The translations under genes were made by a program, and so were the position numbers. Source: Ophelia neglecta (taxonomy: Eukaryota). Taken from it: a DNA stretch of 64,000 bases. Location of the stretch: positions 37,138,001 through 37,202,000 of the forward strand of contig OZ260666.1 in the NCBI GenBank assembly GCA_965285935.1, in the 5' to 3' direction. The notes beneath the pieces were generated by a model. The model was not told where the DNA came from and made no database searches. It saw only the letters and a program-made list of their open reading frames with translations. Shown piece after piece: positions 52,489 to 64,000 of this stretch; positions within the stretch are counted from its first letter, which is position 1; the number at the start of each line of letters is the position of its first letter.

Positions 52489-52773
52489 AAAAATTTGAAA
52501 CACCGAGACTAACAAAGCCAGGGCACGTAACTGTTAATGAACAGGAAGATGCTGTTTTTGAAACAGCATCAACAGGAAAGCCTCTCCCTGAAGTGGAATG
52601 GTACCACGGGCTAGTAAAACTGAGGCCTTCAGAGAGAGTAATTATTGAACGAAACAACAACATCCACAGGCTTGTTATTAAAAAGTGTCAGGTGAAAGAA
52701 AGTGGGCAAGTCATTGTGAAGGGAACCAATATTGCCGGATCATGTTGTGAACAGATGAGTTTCACTGTGAAAG
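52489..52773 (+). CDS. Ig array exon 11 (A)
   Basis: ttatag| ... G|gttgtt; 285 nt. Confidence 0.82.
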
Positions 52774-53106
52774 GTTGTTCTAATGTATATTTTTCTGTCA
52801 CTCCAATCATCATATAAAATCATGCCTTATTTCTGCTTTTGTCTTGCTGGGTGTTCTAGTGCAAAATTACACCAGATTTTGACATAAAAGAAAATGAGAA
52901 TTCTAGATCCCCCTAGCTTACATTTTGCAAGGTCATCTACCAATAATTACTGAAATAAATTGTTGTTTTACTTACGAATTGCATAGCATATTTGACCAAC
53001 TTCTAGTTTGAGATCTCCATTTCAAAAAAGTGCATTACATAATGTCTTTCTGGTTATGCAATTCCATGTTCTGTCATACAAATACCTTTTACATGCACAA
53101 AATCAG

Positions 53107-53391
53107 AATTATTGAAGAAGCCAGAAGTTTCAAAGCTGGCCGACCTGGAAATAGTTGAGATGGAAGAAGCTGTGTTTGAAGCTGATGTAAGCGGGAGGCC
53201 AGATCCAGTCGTTGAATGGTATCGTGGACCAATGTTGCTTGAACCATCACAGCAGGTCTCTGTCGATTCAACTGGCATTAAACACAGATTGAGGTTACAA
53301 AACTGCGCTTTGGATTACACCGGAGACATTGTAATAAAAGCTTCCAATGAGGCTGGTACAACATCCAATTCTGCAAGGCTAATCATAAGAG
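53107..53391 (+). CDS. Ig array exon 12 (B)
   Basis: aatcag| ... G|gtatat; 285 nt. Confidence 0.82.
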
Positions 53392-53822
53392 GTATATTTG
53401 TCATTTGTGATACTCAAATTCCCATTCTCCGGGAAGGTAATAGCCATGGTTTATGCGTTTGGTTTCATAATCTCTTAAATGAATTCCCCAACAGTCGATG
53501 CATTAGAATGATAATATAAGCAGTTTATTTGACAGAACTAAATGATAGTTTAATGTCATGCCTTGTTGATAAAAACAACACTTTGTTATATTGATCTATT
53601 GGTAACACCAAATCTAGTGACCCATGATTAAATTTAGATAATCAAAAGTCTGTTTATACTCGTGATCACAAACAAGTCTACATTTGAAAAACAAGTACAA
53701 TCATTCCCATTGGAGTATCAATGAAAAAAAATTCCAAAAGATTCCATGGAACCAGTATGTTTTATGTAATTAAATTCCATGAAAAAGGCCCTTTTCAGAA
53801 TGGTTTTTGTTTATGTTTAAAG

Positions 53823-54107
53823 AAAGGAAAGAATGCCCGACACTTAGCAAGCTCAGAAATGTAGTCATTGCCGAGCACGAGGAGGCTGTCTTTGAAACCA
53901 AATCAACTGGGAAACCCCCACCAGTAATAGAGTGGTACTGCGGTCTCGTGAAACTGAGCCCATCAGAACTTGTTGAAATCCAGAATATTGAGAATAAACA
54001 CAGGCTTGTATTGAAGAATTGTCAAGTGAGACAGTCAGGAGATATCACAGTAAAAGCCACCAATGACGGCGGCACATGTTCTAGGGATGCAGATCTCAGT
54101 GTCAAAG
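53823..54107 (+). CDS. Ig array exon 13 (A)
   Basis: ttaaag| ... G|gttcct; 285 nt. Confidence 0.8.
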
Positions 54108-54225
54108 GTTCCTGCCTTCTACTTTCGATTCACCGAGTTTAAGAGTCTTCATCGTTGTTTATTTAATTTTCCTTTTAGGACCATTATTATTAGTTATTCT
54201 AATACTATTCATCACAATTTCATAG

Positions 54226-54510
54226 AAATACTGGAGAAGCCAGTTATAACGAAACCCATGGATGTGGAAATAATGGAAAATGACGATGCCACATTTGAAG
54301 CAAATGTATCAGGCAAGCCAGAGCCAAAAGTAGAGTGGTACTGTGGACCAATAAAACTAAACCCATCTGAGCATGTACTGATAGTTAATGATGGTCAGCT
54401 CCACAGACTGACATTGACAACTTGTCACCTAAACCAGTCGGGTACAATTGAAGTCAAAGCTTTAAGCAAAGCCGGAACTGTCTCTACCGAAGCATTCCTA
54501 ATTGTTAAAG
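54226..54510 (+). CDS. Ig array exon 14 (B)
   Basis: tcatag| ... G|gtaact; 285 nt. Confidence 0.82.
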
Positions 54511-55173
54511 GTAACTGTCTACTACATTTTTATAATCTGCTCACTTACCTTTACCACCATCTGCTCAGATGGCACGGATATTATTCACCCTCATCTTTGC
54601 TTTTTTGATTTTGCTCAATGTCAAGCTATTTGATCCATCGCAAATTGATGATTAATCAGATTGACGCATTGTAAGTTCCTGAGATCAATTCGGAACATTG
54701 CATTTTGAAATAACCTTAGGGGTGCAAATTACTGCCAACACTGACATCAGCATTGTAAGATAATATTGTGCATTTTGCATTCAGGATCTTTTGGCTTTTG
54801 ATTTTTAAAGCGCCCTGATGATTTTTGATCAGGGGATAGTCTTAATTGATAATGCTCTGTCTGCCAGGAATTCAATGTCGTTATGAAATATTACTTTATG
54901 ACAAATTTTGTTATGTGGATAATTAATTGCTTGCCGCTTCCCTGCCCAGTGAAAAAAATAAGTACTAGTGATTGATTTGCCATCCAATGTACCATTATCA
55001 TGTGATATGGTTCAGGACATTTCTTTTTCTGCTCACCAATATGCTTCTACACACTCTTGGTCCTTGGGACTTTTGGTGTATCAAATTATTAGCTATTGTA
55101 GTACGTACTGTTTTTAATCTTCTTCATAATTGAGTATATCAAATAGTGAATGATTTGTGTGTGTTCAATTAAG

Positions 55174-55467
55174 AACGAGAGGAACAACAGGATGCCCCAA
55201 CGCTTACTGAGCTAAAGCATGTTGTCATTGTCGAACACGAGGATGCAGTGTTTGAGACTGTATCAACTGGGAATCCGGCCCCAGTGATTGAATGGTTCTG
55301 TGGTATGGTCAAACTCAACCCATCACCGCACATTGATATTCAGCATACTGAAACCATTCATAGGCTTGTGTTAAGGAACTGTGAAGTGAAACAGTCAGGA
55401 GCTATCACAGTGAAGGCAACTAATGTCGCAGGCACTTGTTATGCAGAAGCAGATTTCATGGTCAAAG
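55174..55467 (+). CDS. Ig array exon 15 (A)
   Basis: attaag| ... G|gttatt; 294 nt. Confidence 0.78.
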
Positions 55468-55596
55468 GTTATTATTTTTATATATCTAGTAGAAAAAAAT
55501 CCAAAGAAACAGAACAGTAGACAGATGGTTGATTATTGAGTTGATATAACAAATTTAAAAGAGCATGTTTTACTAATCAAAAAATCTCTGCCACAG

Positions 55597-55881
55597 AAAT
55601 ACTGGAGGTGCCATTAATATCACAACCATTTGACGTCCAAATACCAGAGCTGGAAGATGCTACATTTGAAGCACATGTATCAGGGAAACCAGAACCAAAT
55701 GTCGAGTGGTTCTGTGGCCCTATAAAACTAAAGCCATCCAAACATATATTGATAGTCAAGGATGGAGAGCTCCACAGACTGACATTGAGAACCTGTCAGT
55801 TTAATCAGTCAGGCACAATTGAAGTAAAAGCTTCCAACAAAGCCGGCACTGCATCCAATGAAGCTCAGCTGATGGTCCAAG
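55597..55881 (+). CDS. Ig array exon 16 (B)
   Basis: ccacag| ... G|gtaact; 285 nt. Confidence 0.82.
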
Positions 55882-56367
55882 GTAACTTTATAGATTGTAT
55901 TTATAGCCGCCTCCCTCCCAGGTGCTTTTTATGACAAAAAAAGAAATAGACCCCATCATCTATTTCATTATATGAGATGACATTTTACTCAAAATTTAGC
56001 ATTTAAATTCAAATAATTGGTTGAAAATGGTTGTAGATCTTCGTTTTTTCCAATTCCTTAATTACTTGGAAACCTTGGTGATATGAACCTTTATTTGGCC
56101 TTTTCTGCTGCTACCCGTTCCAATGAGCACCATTTTATGTAATGATATGTGCCTCGAACGTATTTGAGCATTCACTCAGCACAATTAAATAGTCTGTCTC
56201 TTCACCTAAATGTTTATAATCGCCTTTAGTTCCTTAGTCTGAGGTTTATAACTGGCTATGCGTCCCATTATGCGATGGAAATCCCAAATGAACATTAACG
56301 TATAAAGTATGATTACTGGTTTAAATTTGTTGAATTATAAAAAAACATTTTTTTTGTGTTCATTAAG

Positions 56368-56661
56368 AACAAGAAGCACACCAGGAGCCCCCAACTTTGA
56401 GCAAACCCAATGGTGTTGCCATTAATGAGCATGAGCAGGCTGTCTTTGAGACAGTATCGAGTGGCAATCCAACACCAGTGATCAAATGGTTCTGTGGTCT
56501 GGTTAAACTGGCCCCTTCAGGGCTCGTTGACATCCAAAATACGGGGAATACTCATACACTTACGTTGAAGGATTGTGAAGTGAGACAGTCAGGAGATATC
56601 ACTGTGAAAGCCACTAATGTCGCAGGCACTTGTTATGCCGAAGCAGATTTGATAGTCAAAG
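56368..56661 (+). CDS. Ig array exon 17 (A)
   Basis: attaag| ... G|gttatc; 294 nt. Confidence 0.78.
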
Positions 56662-56795
56662 GTTATCACTTTTTTGCACTAAATGTGATTAAATCTGAAT
56701 AGAACGACAGCAGACTCATAAATAATTAGTAAGCGAAATAAATACTTTCTAAATGTCATGGTTTACTAATAATCAGCTTTAATGACATGCCACAG

Positions 56796-57080
56796 AAATT
56801 CTGGAGATGCCTGTTGTTTCACGACCATCTGATGTCCAAATACCGCAACTCGAGGATGCCATATTTGAAGCATATGTGTCAGGGAGACCAGAACCAAAAG
56901 TCGAGTGGTTCTGTGGTCCACTCATACTAAATCCTTCTGAACATGTTTTGATAGATAATGATGGTGAGCTCCACACACTAACCTTAAAAGCATGTCAATT
57001 AGGACAGTCTGGTACAATTGAAGTCAAGGCTACAAACAATGCAGGAACTTCATCCAGTGGGGCACATCTAATTGTTCAAG
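56796..57080 (+). CDS. Ig array exon 18 (B)
   Basis: ccacag| ... G|gtaaaa; 285 nt. Confidence 0.82.
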
Positions 57081-57177
57081 GTAAAATAAATTAATAAATA
57101 TGGAATCGATTCCTTACATTTGGTTACTAATGCTGGGCTATGAATAAAATATTTGAACTCATTTTTGTTCCAATTAG

Positions 57178-57471
57178 CACGAGAGGAACAAATTGAGTCC
57201 CCAACTTTGACCAAGCCGAATAATGTTGCCATTACTGAGCATAAGGAGGCGGTCTTTGAGGCAGTATCAACTGGGAAACCTGCACCAGTGATAGAGTGGT
57301 TCTGTGGTCTTGTCAAACTCAACGAATCAAAACTTGTTGACATCCAGAATATTGGGAACCATCATAGGCTGGTTTTGAGAAATTGTCAAATGGCTCAGTC
57401 AGGGGAAGTCACAGTAAAAGCCACAAATGCTGCAGGATCTTGTACATCAAAAGCAGATTTTAATGTCAAAG
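57178..57471 (+). CDS. Ig array exon 19 (A)
   Basis: aattag| ... G|gttcat; 294 nt. Confidence 0.8.
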
Positions 57472-57725
57472 GTTCATCTTACTCTAATTTTTCTTGCTAT
57501 TCTATATTTTTAAATTGATTTGTTTTGGTCGTTGACACCATATCCTAGGCAAAAAATGATCACAATCCCTGCAAGCTATGTCTACAATTAGCAAGCCACA
57601 TTTCCACATCTTTTGAACGGTGTATCAAGAAAACTAGGCATGACTTCATCATGTTCAGATGATATTGATTGTAAAAGCATCATTGAGGCAAACTTATACA
57701 CTAATACTATTTTTATACACAATAG

Positions 57726-58010
57726 AAATACTGGAGTTGCCTCTTATTACAAGACCATCTGATGTGGAAATTATGGAAATGGAGGATGCCATATTTGAAG
57801 CACATGTATCAGGGAAGCCAGAACCAAGTGTAGACTGGTTCTGTGGTCCTATAAAACTCAAACCAACTGAGCATGTACTAATAGATAATGATGGTGAGCT
57901 TCACAGTCTGACATTAAAAAGCTGCCAGTTGAATCAGTCTGGTACGATTGAAGTCCAAGCTTCAAATAAAGCTGGTACTGAGTCCAAAGAAGCACACCTT
58001 ATAGTTTTAG
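57726..58010 (+). CDS. Ig array exon 20 (B)
   Basis: caatag| ... G|gtaact; 285 nt. Confidence 0.82.
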
Positions 58011-58202
58011 GTAACTACGCTAATTTTGTTATGTATTACTGAGCCATTTTTACCTCTTGCCACAGATAATGGTTCAAACCATGGGCTGGTTGTTGTGTAT
58101 GCGCTGCTATGTTTTGGCACTTCATATCTTGCATAAGAATATACTGGCCTAATGGTTTCACTAGGTATATGTTGTTTAAATTGATCTTTTTGTTCAATTA
58201 AG

Positions 58203-58496
58203 AACACGAGGAACAACAGGAACCTCCGACTTTGACCAGGCCCAAAAACTGTGACATTGCCGAGCATGAGCAGGCAGTCTTTGAGACAGTATCGACTGGG
58301 AATCCAGCCCCACTGATTGAGTGGTTCTGTGGTCTGGTTAAGCTGGGCCCTTCAGAACTAGTTGATATCCAGAATACGGAGAACATTCATAAGCTTGTTA
58401 TGAGGGATTGTGAGGTGAAACAATCAGGCGAAATAACTGTAAGGGCCACAAATGTGGCTGGAACGAGTTCAGCCAGGGCAGATCTCAGCGTCAAAG
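58203..58496 (+). CDS. Ig array exon 21 (A)
   Basis: attaag| ... G|gttatt; 294 nt. Confidence 0.78.
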
Positions 58497-58615
58497 GTTA
58501 TTGTCAACTTCAATTTAAAGAAAATGTTTTTCTAAGATGACCTTATGCATATGCCTCATGAATTTAAATAATGAATATTTATTGTATACTAACAGTCCAA
58601 TACTATCCATAATAG

Positions 58616-58900
58616 AATTACTGGAGCTGCCCCTAATAACAAAACCATCTGATGTCCTAATAATGGAAATGGAGGATGCCATATTTGAAGCACATGTATC
58701 AGGGAAGCCAACACCAAATGTAGAGTGGTTCTGTGGACCAATGAAACTAATGCCAACTGAACATGTACTGATAGATAACGTTGGTGAGCTCCACAGACTG
58801 ACATTGAAAACTTGTCAGTTAAATCAGTCAGGTACAATTGAAGTCAAAGCTTCTAATAAAGCTGGAACCGAATCCACAGAAGCACATCTAAATGTCCAAG
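58616..58900 (+). CDS. Ig array exon 22 (B)
   Basis: taatag| ... G|gtaact; 285 nt. Confidence 0.82.
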
Positions 58901-59263
58901 GTAACTTGATTAATTCATATGTATATGCTGATTTGTGCCCTGTCGCAACGATTTAATACATCAGAGTTATTCATTAGTCGCAATTCAGGGCTGGACAATT
59001 TTCAGTACATATGTGTAAATTGGACTTTTGAATAGTGAATTATCCTTAGGTCTATAAGATTAAACTATTTTTTCTATTTTTAAGTGAAGGTGTGTGGAAA
59101 ATCATAAAATGCCTACATTCTATTTAAATTGGTAAACCTATGTGTGGAATGGTTGATACCACCAGTCGGTGTATGGCTGTGAACAATTAAATGTTTTTGC
59201 AATGTCGTTTGATGCTAACCATAATATAATGACAATTTTCAATATTTGTGTCTTCCACGAAAG

Positions 59264-59557
59264 AGCAAGAAGAAAAAAGTGTAGATCCGTCATTGACCAG
59301 ACCTACCAGTGTTGTTATAACTGAGCATGAGGATGCTGTATTTGAGGTGTCTTCCTCTGGGACACCAAGACCTTTTGTAGAATGGTTCAATGGTCGGATA
59401 AAATTGAAACCTTCAGAGCATATTTTGATTTTGGATAATGACAACTGTCACCGCCTTGTTATAAGAGACTGCAAGGTGGAAGACTCTGGCCACATTACAG
59501 TAAAGGCGTGGAATGTGGCCGGTGAATTCTTTGAGGAGGCAGAGCTGACTGTAAAAG
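59264..59557 (+). CDS. Ig array exon 23 (A)
   Basis: cgaaag| ... G|gttaat; 294 nt. Confidence 0.78.
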
Positions 59558-59720
59558 GTTAATTTCCATTTTTTGAATTGAATGATGCAACATCAGATTC
59601 AATTTGCCCTCCTTTTTCATGTTTGCTCATGCTCTTGCATGTCTATGGCACATACATGACAGGTGAGTAATAAATGTACATTTTATACTAACATATCTAT
59701 TTTACCTATACCCAACCCAG

Positions 59721-60014
59721 AAATACTTGAGATTCCAAAAGTTTCCAAGCCCATGGACATTGAAATAGTTGAAATGGAAGATGCAGTATTTAAGGCTGAG
59801 GTAACAGGGGTGCCAGAGCCAGAGGTGAGCTGGTACTGTGGGCCTGTTACACTACAACCATCTGACAGTGTTGGTTTTGAAAATCATGGCAAACTCCATA
59901 AGCTGGTCTTGAAGCACTGTAAATTACAGCAGTCAGGAACCATTGAGATCCGGGCTTCTAACAAAGCAGGTTCAGCATTTAGCGAAGCAAACCTGCTAGT
60001 GAATGCAGTGAAAG
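59721..60014 (+). CDS. Ig array exon 24 (B, 3-aa C-terminal insertion)
   Basis: acccag| ... G|gtatat; 294 nt. Confidence 0.82.
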
Positions 60015-60201
60015 GTATATTAAGATATGTCTCACTATTCTTTAAACCAGAAAATCATAATTTATTTGCTCTAAGACAGAGTGGCCTGATTATCATCAAA
60101 ACATTGATACCACATGGTATAGTTACGATTAATAAGTTGAAAGAATAGTTTGTCTTTTGTTTGATTGAATCCCATAAAAATATTTTTTATTTGAATTTAA
60201 G

Positions 60202-60486
60202 AGCAAAACACACTACCAACTTTGAGCAAGCCAAGAGACGTGGAAATAAAAATACACGAAAGTGCTGTCTTTGAAACTGAATATGCAGGCAATCCCAGTC
60301 CTGTCATCGAATGGTTTAGAGGCATGGTCAAAATGAAACCTTGTGAAAATGTCTTTATTGAAGACCATGGCAGTTCATGTAGACTTATAATGAAAAATTG
60401 TCAAATGGAAGACGCTGGCCGAATCACTTTGAAGGCAACTAATCAGACTGGCAGCTGTTCAGTGGAAGCAGATCTGAACGTTAGAG
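60202..60486 (+). CDS. Ig array exon 25 (A)
   Basis: tttaag| ... G|gtgtgc; 285 nt. Confidence 0.8.
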
Positions 60487-60607
60487 GTGTGCCATCAATT
60501 CTAAATCCATTTATCACTTTATTAGTTTTTGCCATTATAACAAAGCTAAGGTATGTTTCAAAAATATCCTTGTTTGTCCTTTAAACTGTTAACAAATTTT
60601 GATTTAG

Positions 60608-60892
60608 AAATTCTGGAGAAACCCGAGGTTACGAAACCAGCCAATATTGAAATATTTGAAATGGAAGAAGCATTTTTTGAAGTTCAAGTAACAGGAAAAC
60701 CAGAACCGATTGTGCAATGGTATTGTGGATCCCTCTTATTAGAAACAGCAGAGAATGTTCTGATTCACAAAAGTGACAAGACACATAGATTGATATTGAA
60801 ATCTTGTCAACTGTCACAGTCCGGAACCATACAAATAAGAGCTTCTAATACAGCGGGAATGGCATCCAATGAAGCCAAGCTCAATGTTAAAG
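60608..60892 (+). CDS. Ig array exon 26 (B)
   Basis: atttag| ... G|gtgtat; 285 nt. Confidence 0.82.
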
Positions 60893-61149
60893 GTGTATAT
60901 TATATCCAATATGATATAGTTGTAATGACCCTTAAGGGAATACGTCACATGTCATGTGAATAACATATTGTCCATTATTTTACCCATTATGCTTCTCAGT
61001 GAAAAAGTACCAGCTTGAACTAAAATAATATTGATTTGTGTCTGATAATTTGCTCTCCAAATATATAAATGAATTTGAGGAATCTATTTGTGCGATTCGT
61101 CCAAAAGGATATTTTTGTTGAGTTCCAATTATTTTTGTAATCTGCCTAG

Positions 61150-61434
61150 AACTACATGAAGCACCAATGTTGACCAGGCCTAGAAATGTGGAAATATTTG
61201 AACACCAAGAGGCAGTCTTTGAAACAACCTCACTTGGGAACCCTAAGCCTGTTATAGAGTGGTTTGTTGGCCTTGCAAAACTAAGGCCGTCTGACAAAAA
61301 CATAATAGAAGAAACTGGCAACAGCCATATACTGACATTAAAGGACTGTCAAGTTGAAGATTCCGGACGTATCACAGTCAAGGCAACTAATGTGGCTGAT
61401 ACATGTTCTGCTGAGGCATATCTTACTGTCAAAG
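61150..61434 (+). CDS. Ig array exon 27 (A)
   Basis: gcctag| ... G|gtcttt; 285 nt. Confidence 0.82.
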
Positions 61435-61553
61435 GTCTTTCTTTCATACCCGTATTTTACATTTTCGTTAACAGCTAAAATACATGCTATAACATTTTCT
61501 ATGATCTAGTTTATGAATGTCCACTACTAACTTATTACATAACCATAATACAG

Positions 61554-61838
61554 AAATATTGGAGAAACCCGTTGTTACTAAACCAACTGATGTAGAAATT
61601 CTTGTGATGGGAGATGCCATATTTGAAGCCGAGGTAACAGGGAAGCCCGAGCCCGATGTACAGTGGTGCCGGGGACCGATCACACTAAAAGCATCTGAAC
61701 GGGTCTTGATTGATCAGATTGGCAACATCCATAGACTGGTACTAAAATCCTGCAAATTGGAACATTCCGGCACCATTGAAGTGAAAGCCTTCAATGCAGC
61801 TGGAACTGCATCATGTGAAGCTAGCCTCAAAGTGAAAG
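61554..61838 (+). CDS. Ig array exon 28 (B)
   Basis: atacag| ... G|gtgcaa; 285 nt. Confidence 0.82.
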
Positions 61839-62051
61839 GTGCAATGAACATCAATTACAATTTCTACATATTAAGTTAAATTCATATCGAGTTATAGCGT
61901 TACTAAAGCTTTCTTAATAGAGAAAAAATTATAAAAGGGAAAGTTGTCACATTCAAAAAATTGCAATTTCCAATGTAAAGATCAATGTGGAAAGCTTGGC
62001 AACCTGGTGCCATAATCAGATTATTATATTCACATTTGGTATTTCATTTAG

Positions 62052-62336
62052 AGCAAACTGATGTTCCAATCCTGACTAAACTAGCAGACATCGAAATCAT
62101 GGAAAATGAAGATGCTGTATTTGAAACATTGGCATCAGGAAAACCCTTGCCTATTATAGAATGGTTTAAGGGCATGGTGAAATTGAAGCCTTCACGTAGA
62201 ATATTAATAGAGTGTACTAACAATGAACATAAATTAGTGATAAGGGAGTGCCAAGTGGAAGATACCGGACATGTGACCGTGAAAGCCTCCAATGTCGCTG
62301 GTGCACATTCTGAACGCGCCGATCTTTTAGTGAAAG
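62052..62336 (+). CDS. Ig array exon 29 (A)
   Basis: atttag| ... G|gtcaat; 285 nt. Confidence 0.82.
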
Positions 62337-62424
62337 GTCAATATCCGAGTTTTCTGTATTAATCTTCCAATTTTGAAAACAAAAGTACAGAAATAACATA
62401 CTAACAATTTTTTATTTGTAATAG

Positions 62425-62709
62425 AAATAGTAGAGGCACCCAAACTAACTAGGCCAGCTGATGTAGAAGTAACCGAAACAGAGGACGCCCTCTTTGAAAC
62501 GGAAGTAGAAGGAATTCCAAAGCCTGAAGTTGATTGGCTCTTTGGAGATGACATAGTTACACCTTCCAGTAAGGTGCTGATTGAGCAGCAGGGGAGTATT
62601 CACCGATTGAAGATGCGCTTTTGTGAGTTAGAGCAGTCAGGAATCATCATAGTAAAGGCATCAAATAAAGTGGGTGTAGCCACAGTTGATGCTAAACTGG
62701 AAGTGAAAG
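62425..62709 (+). CDS. Ig array exon 30 (B)
   Basis: taatag| ... G|gtatgg; 285 nt. Confidence 0.84.
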
Positions 62710-63740
62710 GTATGGAAACTGCCTTGACAATGTCCTTGTCAAGTGTATATACCGAATGAAGCTATTACTAGCGGAGATTTAAATTATAGTGCATCACAAA
62801 ACATTCATTGTATGCTCACTCTGGCAGGGAGTAGTACAATAGTTTTGTTCTGCATACATTAACAGAAAATTGTACAAATTAAGTAAAAAAAATGCTTACC
62901 TGCTGATTTGCCGTTTGCTCTCCTGTATTATATTTCATCCGGCAGTGCAAGCTAATTTAAAGCTGGAGCCTTCTCTCCCACCATGTATATTGTTTTCCCT
63001 GATATCATTTTTCTCAATGCTTGATGACCGATCGGTGAAAGTTTTCCATTACATTTTTTCTCAATATACAAAGGAACATTTAATTTGAGTGTCAACGGAT
63101 AGACCACCAAAGCCTGATATATACTTCCTACATATTTGTGACACGTATTATCGGCATTAAGGTGGCACTAGTAGATAATGGTAAACTCTAGATAAGCTTT
63201 TGCTTCAAAATCATATGTATGATAAGGAGCCAGGACCTGATAATTTATATCTTGTATGCTTGCTCTACAAACTAGCTAAGGACAAGACTTTTCTTTGTGG
63301 AGGAAGGGCATAGTGGGTTTTTCTGTATATAATTCTCTTTTAGGGACTTCTCTGAAGAGTGCAGGCTTTTTGTATATTTCGTGTTAAGCATTGTCTTATC
63401 AGTGACTTTGATTATTTTTAACGAACAGGCGTTATGGACTCATTTCATTAGCTGCTATCATTTGAAAACCATTACTATACAACTTAACTGAAAGCTACCT
63501 TTTCACCTCTATTAATGCATCATATGATGGCATCAACTGCTCTCTTTTCAGGCTTCTATTTCTTCTTCTGTTCAGAAGAAAATCTAATTCTATTTCACAA
63601 ATACAACAGCTAAATCGAATTTACCGCAACTGACACCTAACAAGTACCAATGTATATGAATAGCATGGCATAATAACACGGACTTGATAACAACACTACC
63701 AACGTGTTACTTGAATTGAGAAAGAAGCCACTTATTACAG

Positions 63741-63967
63741 AAAAGCCAAAAACTCCAGAGCTTGAGCCAAAGCCAGTGCCCGAGCCGGTGGTTGAAAAGC
63801 AGGCCCGAGAGCCTGAACCAGTAACCGAGGCGGAAGTTGAGGAGCTGGCACCAGAGGCCAAACCAGAACCTGAGCCAGTAGTGGAAGAACAGGCCCCAGA
63901 GCCTGAACTAAAACCCATAAAGCCTGACACAGAACCACCTATGTTTACAGAAGTCTACCAAGACACT
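63741..63967 (+). CDS. PEVK-like exon, paralogue of the repeat-unit PEVK exons
   Basis: attacag| ... ACT|gttagt; EKPKTPELEP...PDTEPPMFTEVYQDT. Confidence 0.87.
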
Positions 63968-64000
63968 GTTAGTAGAAAAACTGTATGATTATACATGAAT

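Larger units (their letters stand above)
46854..62709 (+). repeat. Array of 30 paralogous symmetric (phase 1-1) single-Ig exons
   Basis: 24 exons of 285 nt and 6 of 294 nt, all homologous to the EKPTVKNLTDVEIMEQEDAVFET exon type. Confidence 0.93.
2..63967 (+). other. Partial multi-exon gene for a giant titin/connectin (Sallimus/I-connectin-like) elastic muscle protein; both ends lie outside the window
   Basis: Frame-compatible chain of GT-AG exons encoding ~56 I-set Ig domains (GxPxPxVxW...NxxG motifs), PEVK-like and acidic repeats and one SH3. This mix is typical of the titin family; exact orthology is not determinable here. Confidence 0.88.

Noticed and set aside
46854-62709. Separate Dscam-like or immune receptor gene, or 30 small independent genes
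   Set aside because: The domains lack the extracellular B-F disulfide pattern, are homologous to the upstream titin-like Ig exon, and are flanked in frame by exons of the same gene.

Overview
Eukaryotic (animal, most likely invertebrate) genomic DNA. The whole 64 kb is an internal part of one + strand, intron-containing gene for a giant titin/connectin/Sallimus-like muscle protein; no start codon or terminal exon is seen. I traced a continuous reading frame through about 70 GT-AG exons with matching phases. In order: (1) a >7.5-kb exon of ten near-identical 690-bp (230-aa) acidic repeats, each built of five 46-aa subunits; (2) two frame-coupled small exons flanking a 24-bp minisatellite; (3) an exon with an SH3 domain; (4) I-set Ig exons and one exon with five DFRxxL (MLCK-type actin-binding) motifs that an internal in-frame donor could remove; (5) a recent ~2.8-kb tandem duplication (Ig-Ig / Ig / acidic linker / PEVK-like exons, ~4.4 copies, introns included); (6) an array of 30 paralogous single-Ig exons, all phase 1-1, 285 or 294 nt, alternating between two subtypes and nearly all with non-consensus donors, which suggests a large regulated splicing module; (7) a final PEVK-like exon. 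About 56 Ig domains in total; no Fn3, kinase or RhoGEF domain seen. Exon boundaries were inferred by eye from splice signals and frame continuity, not from transcript data.
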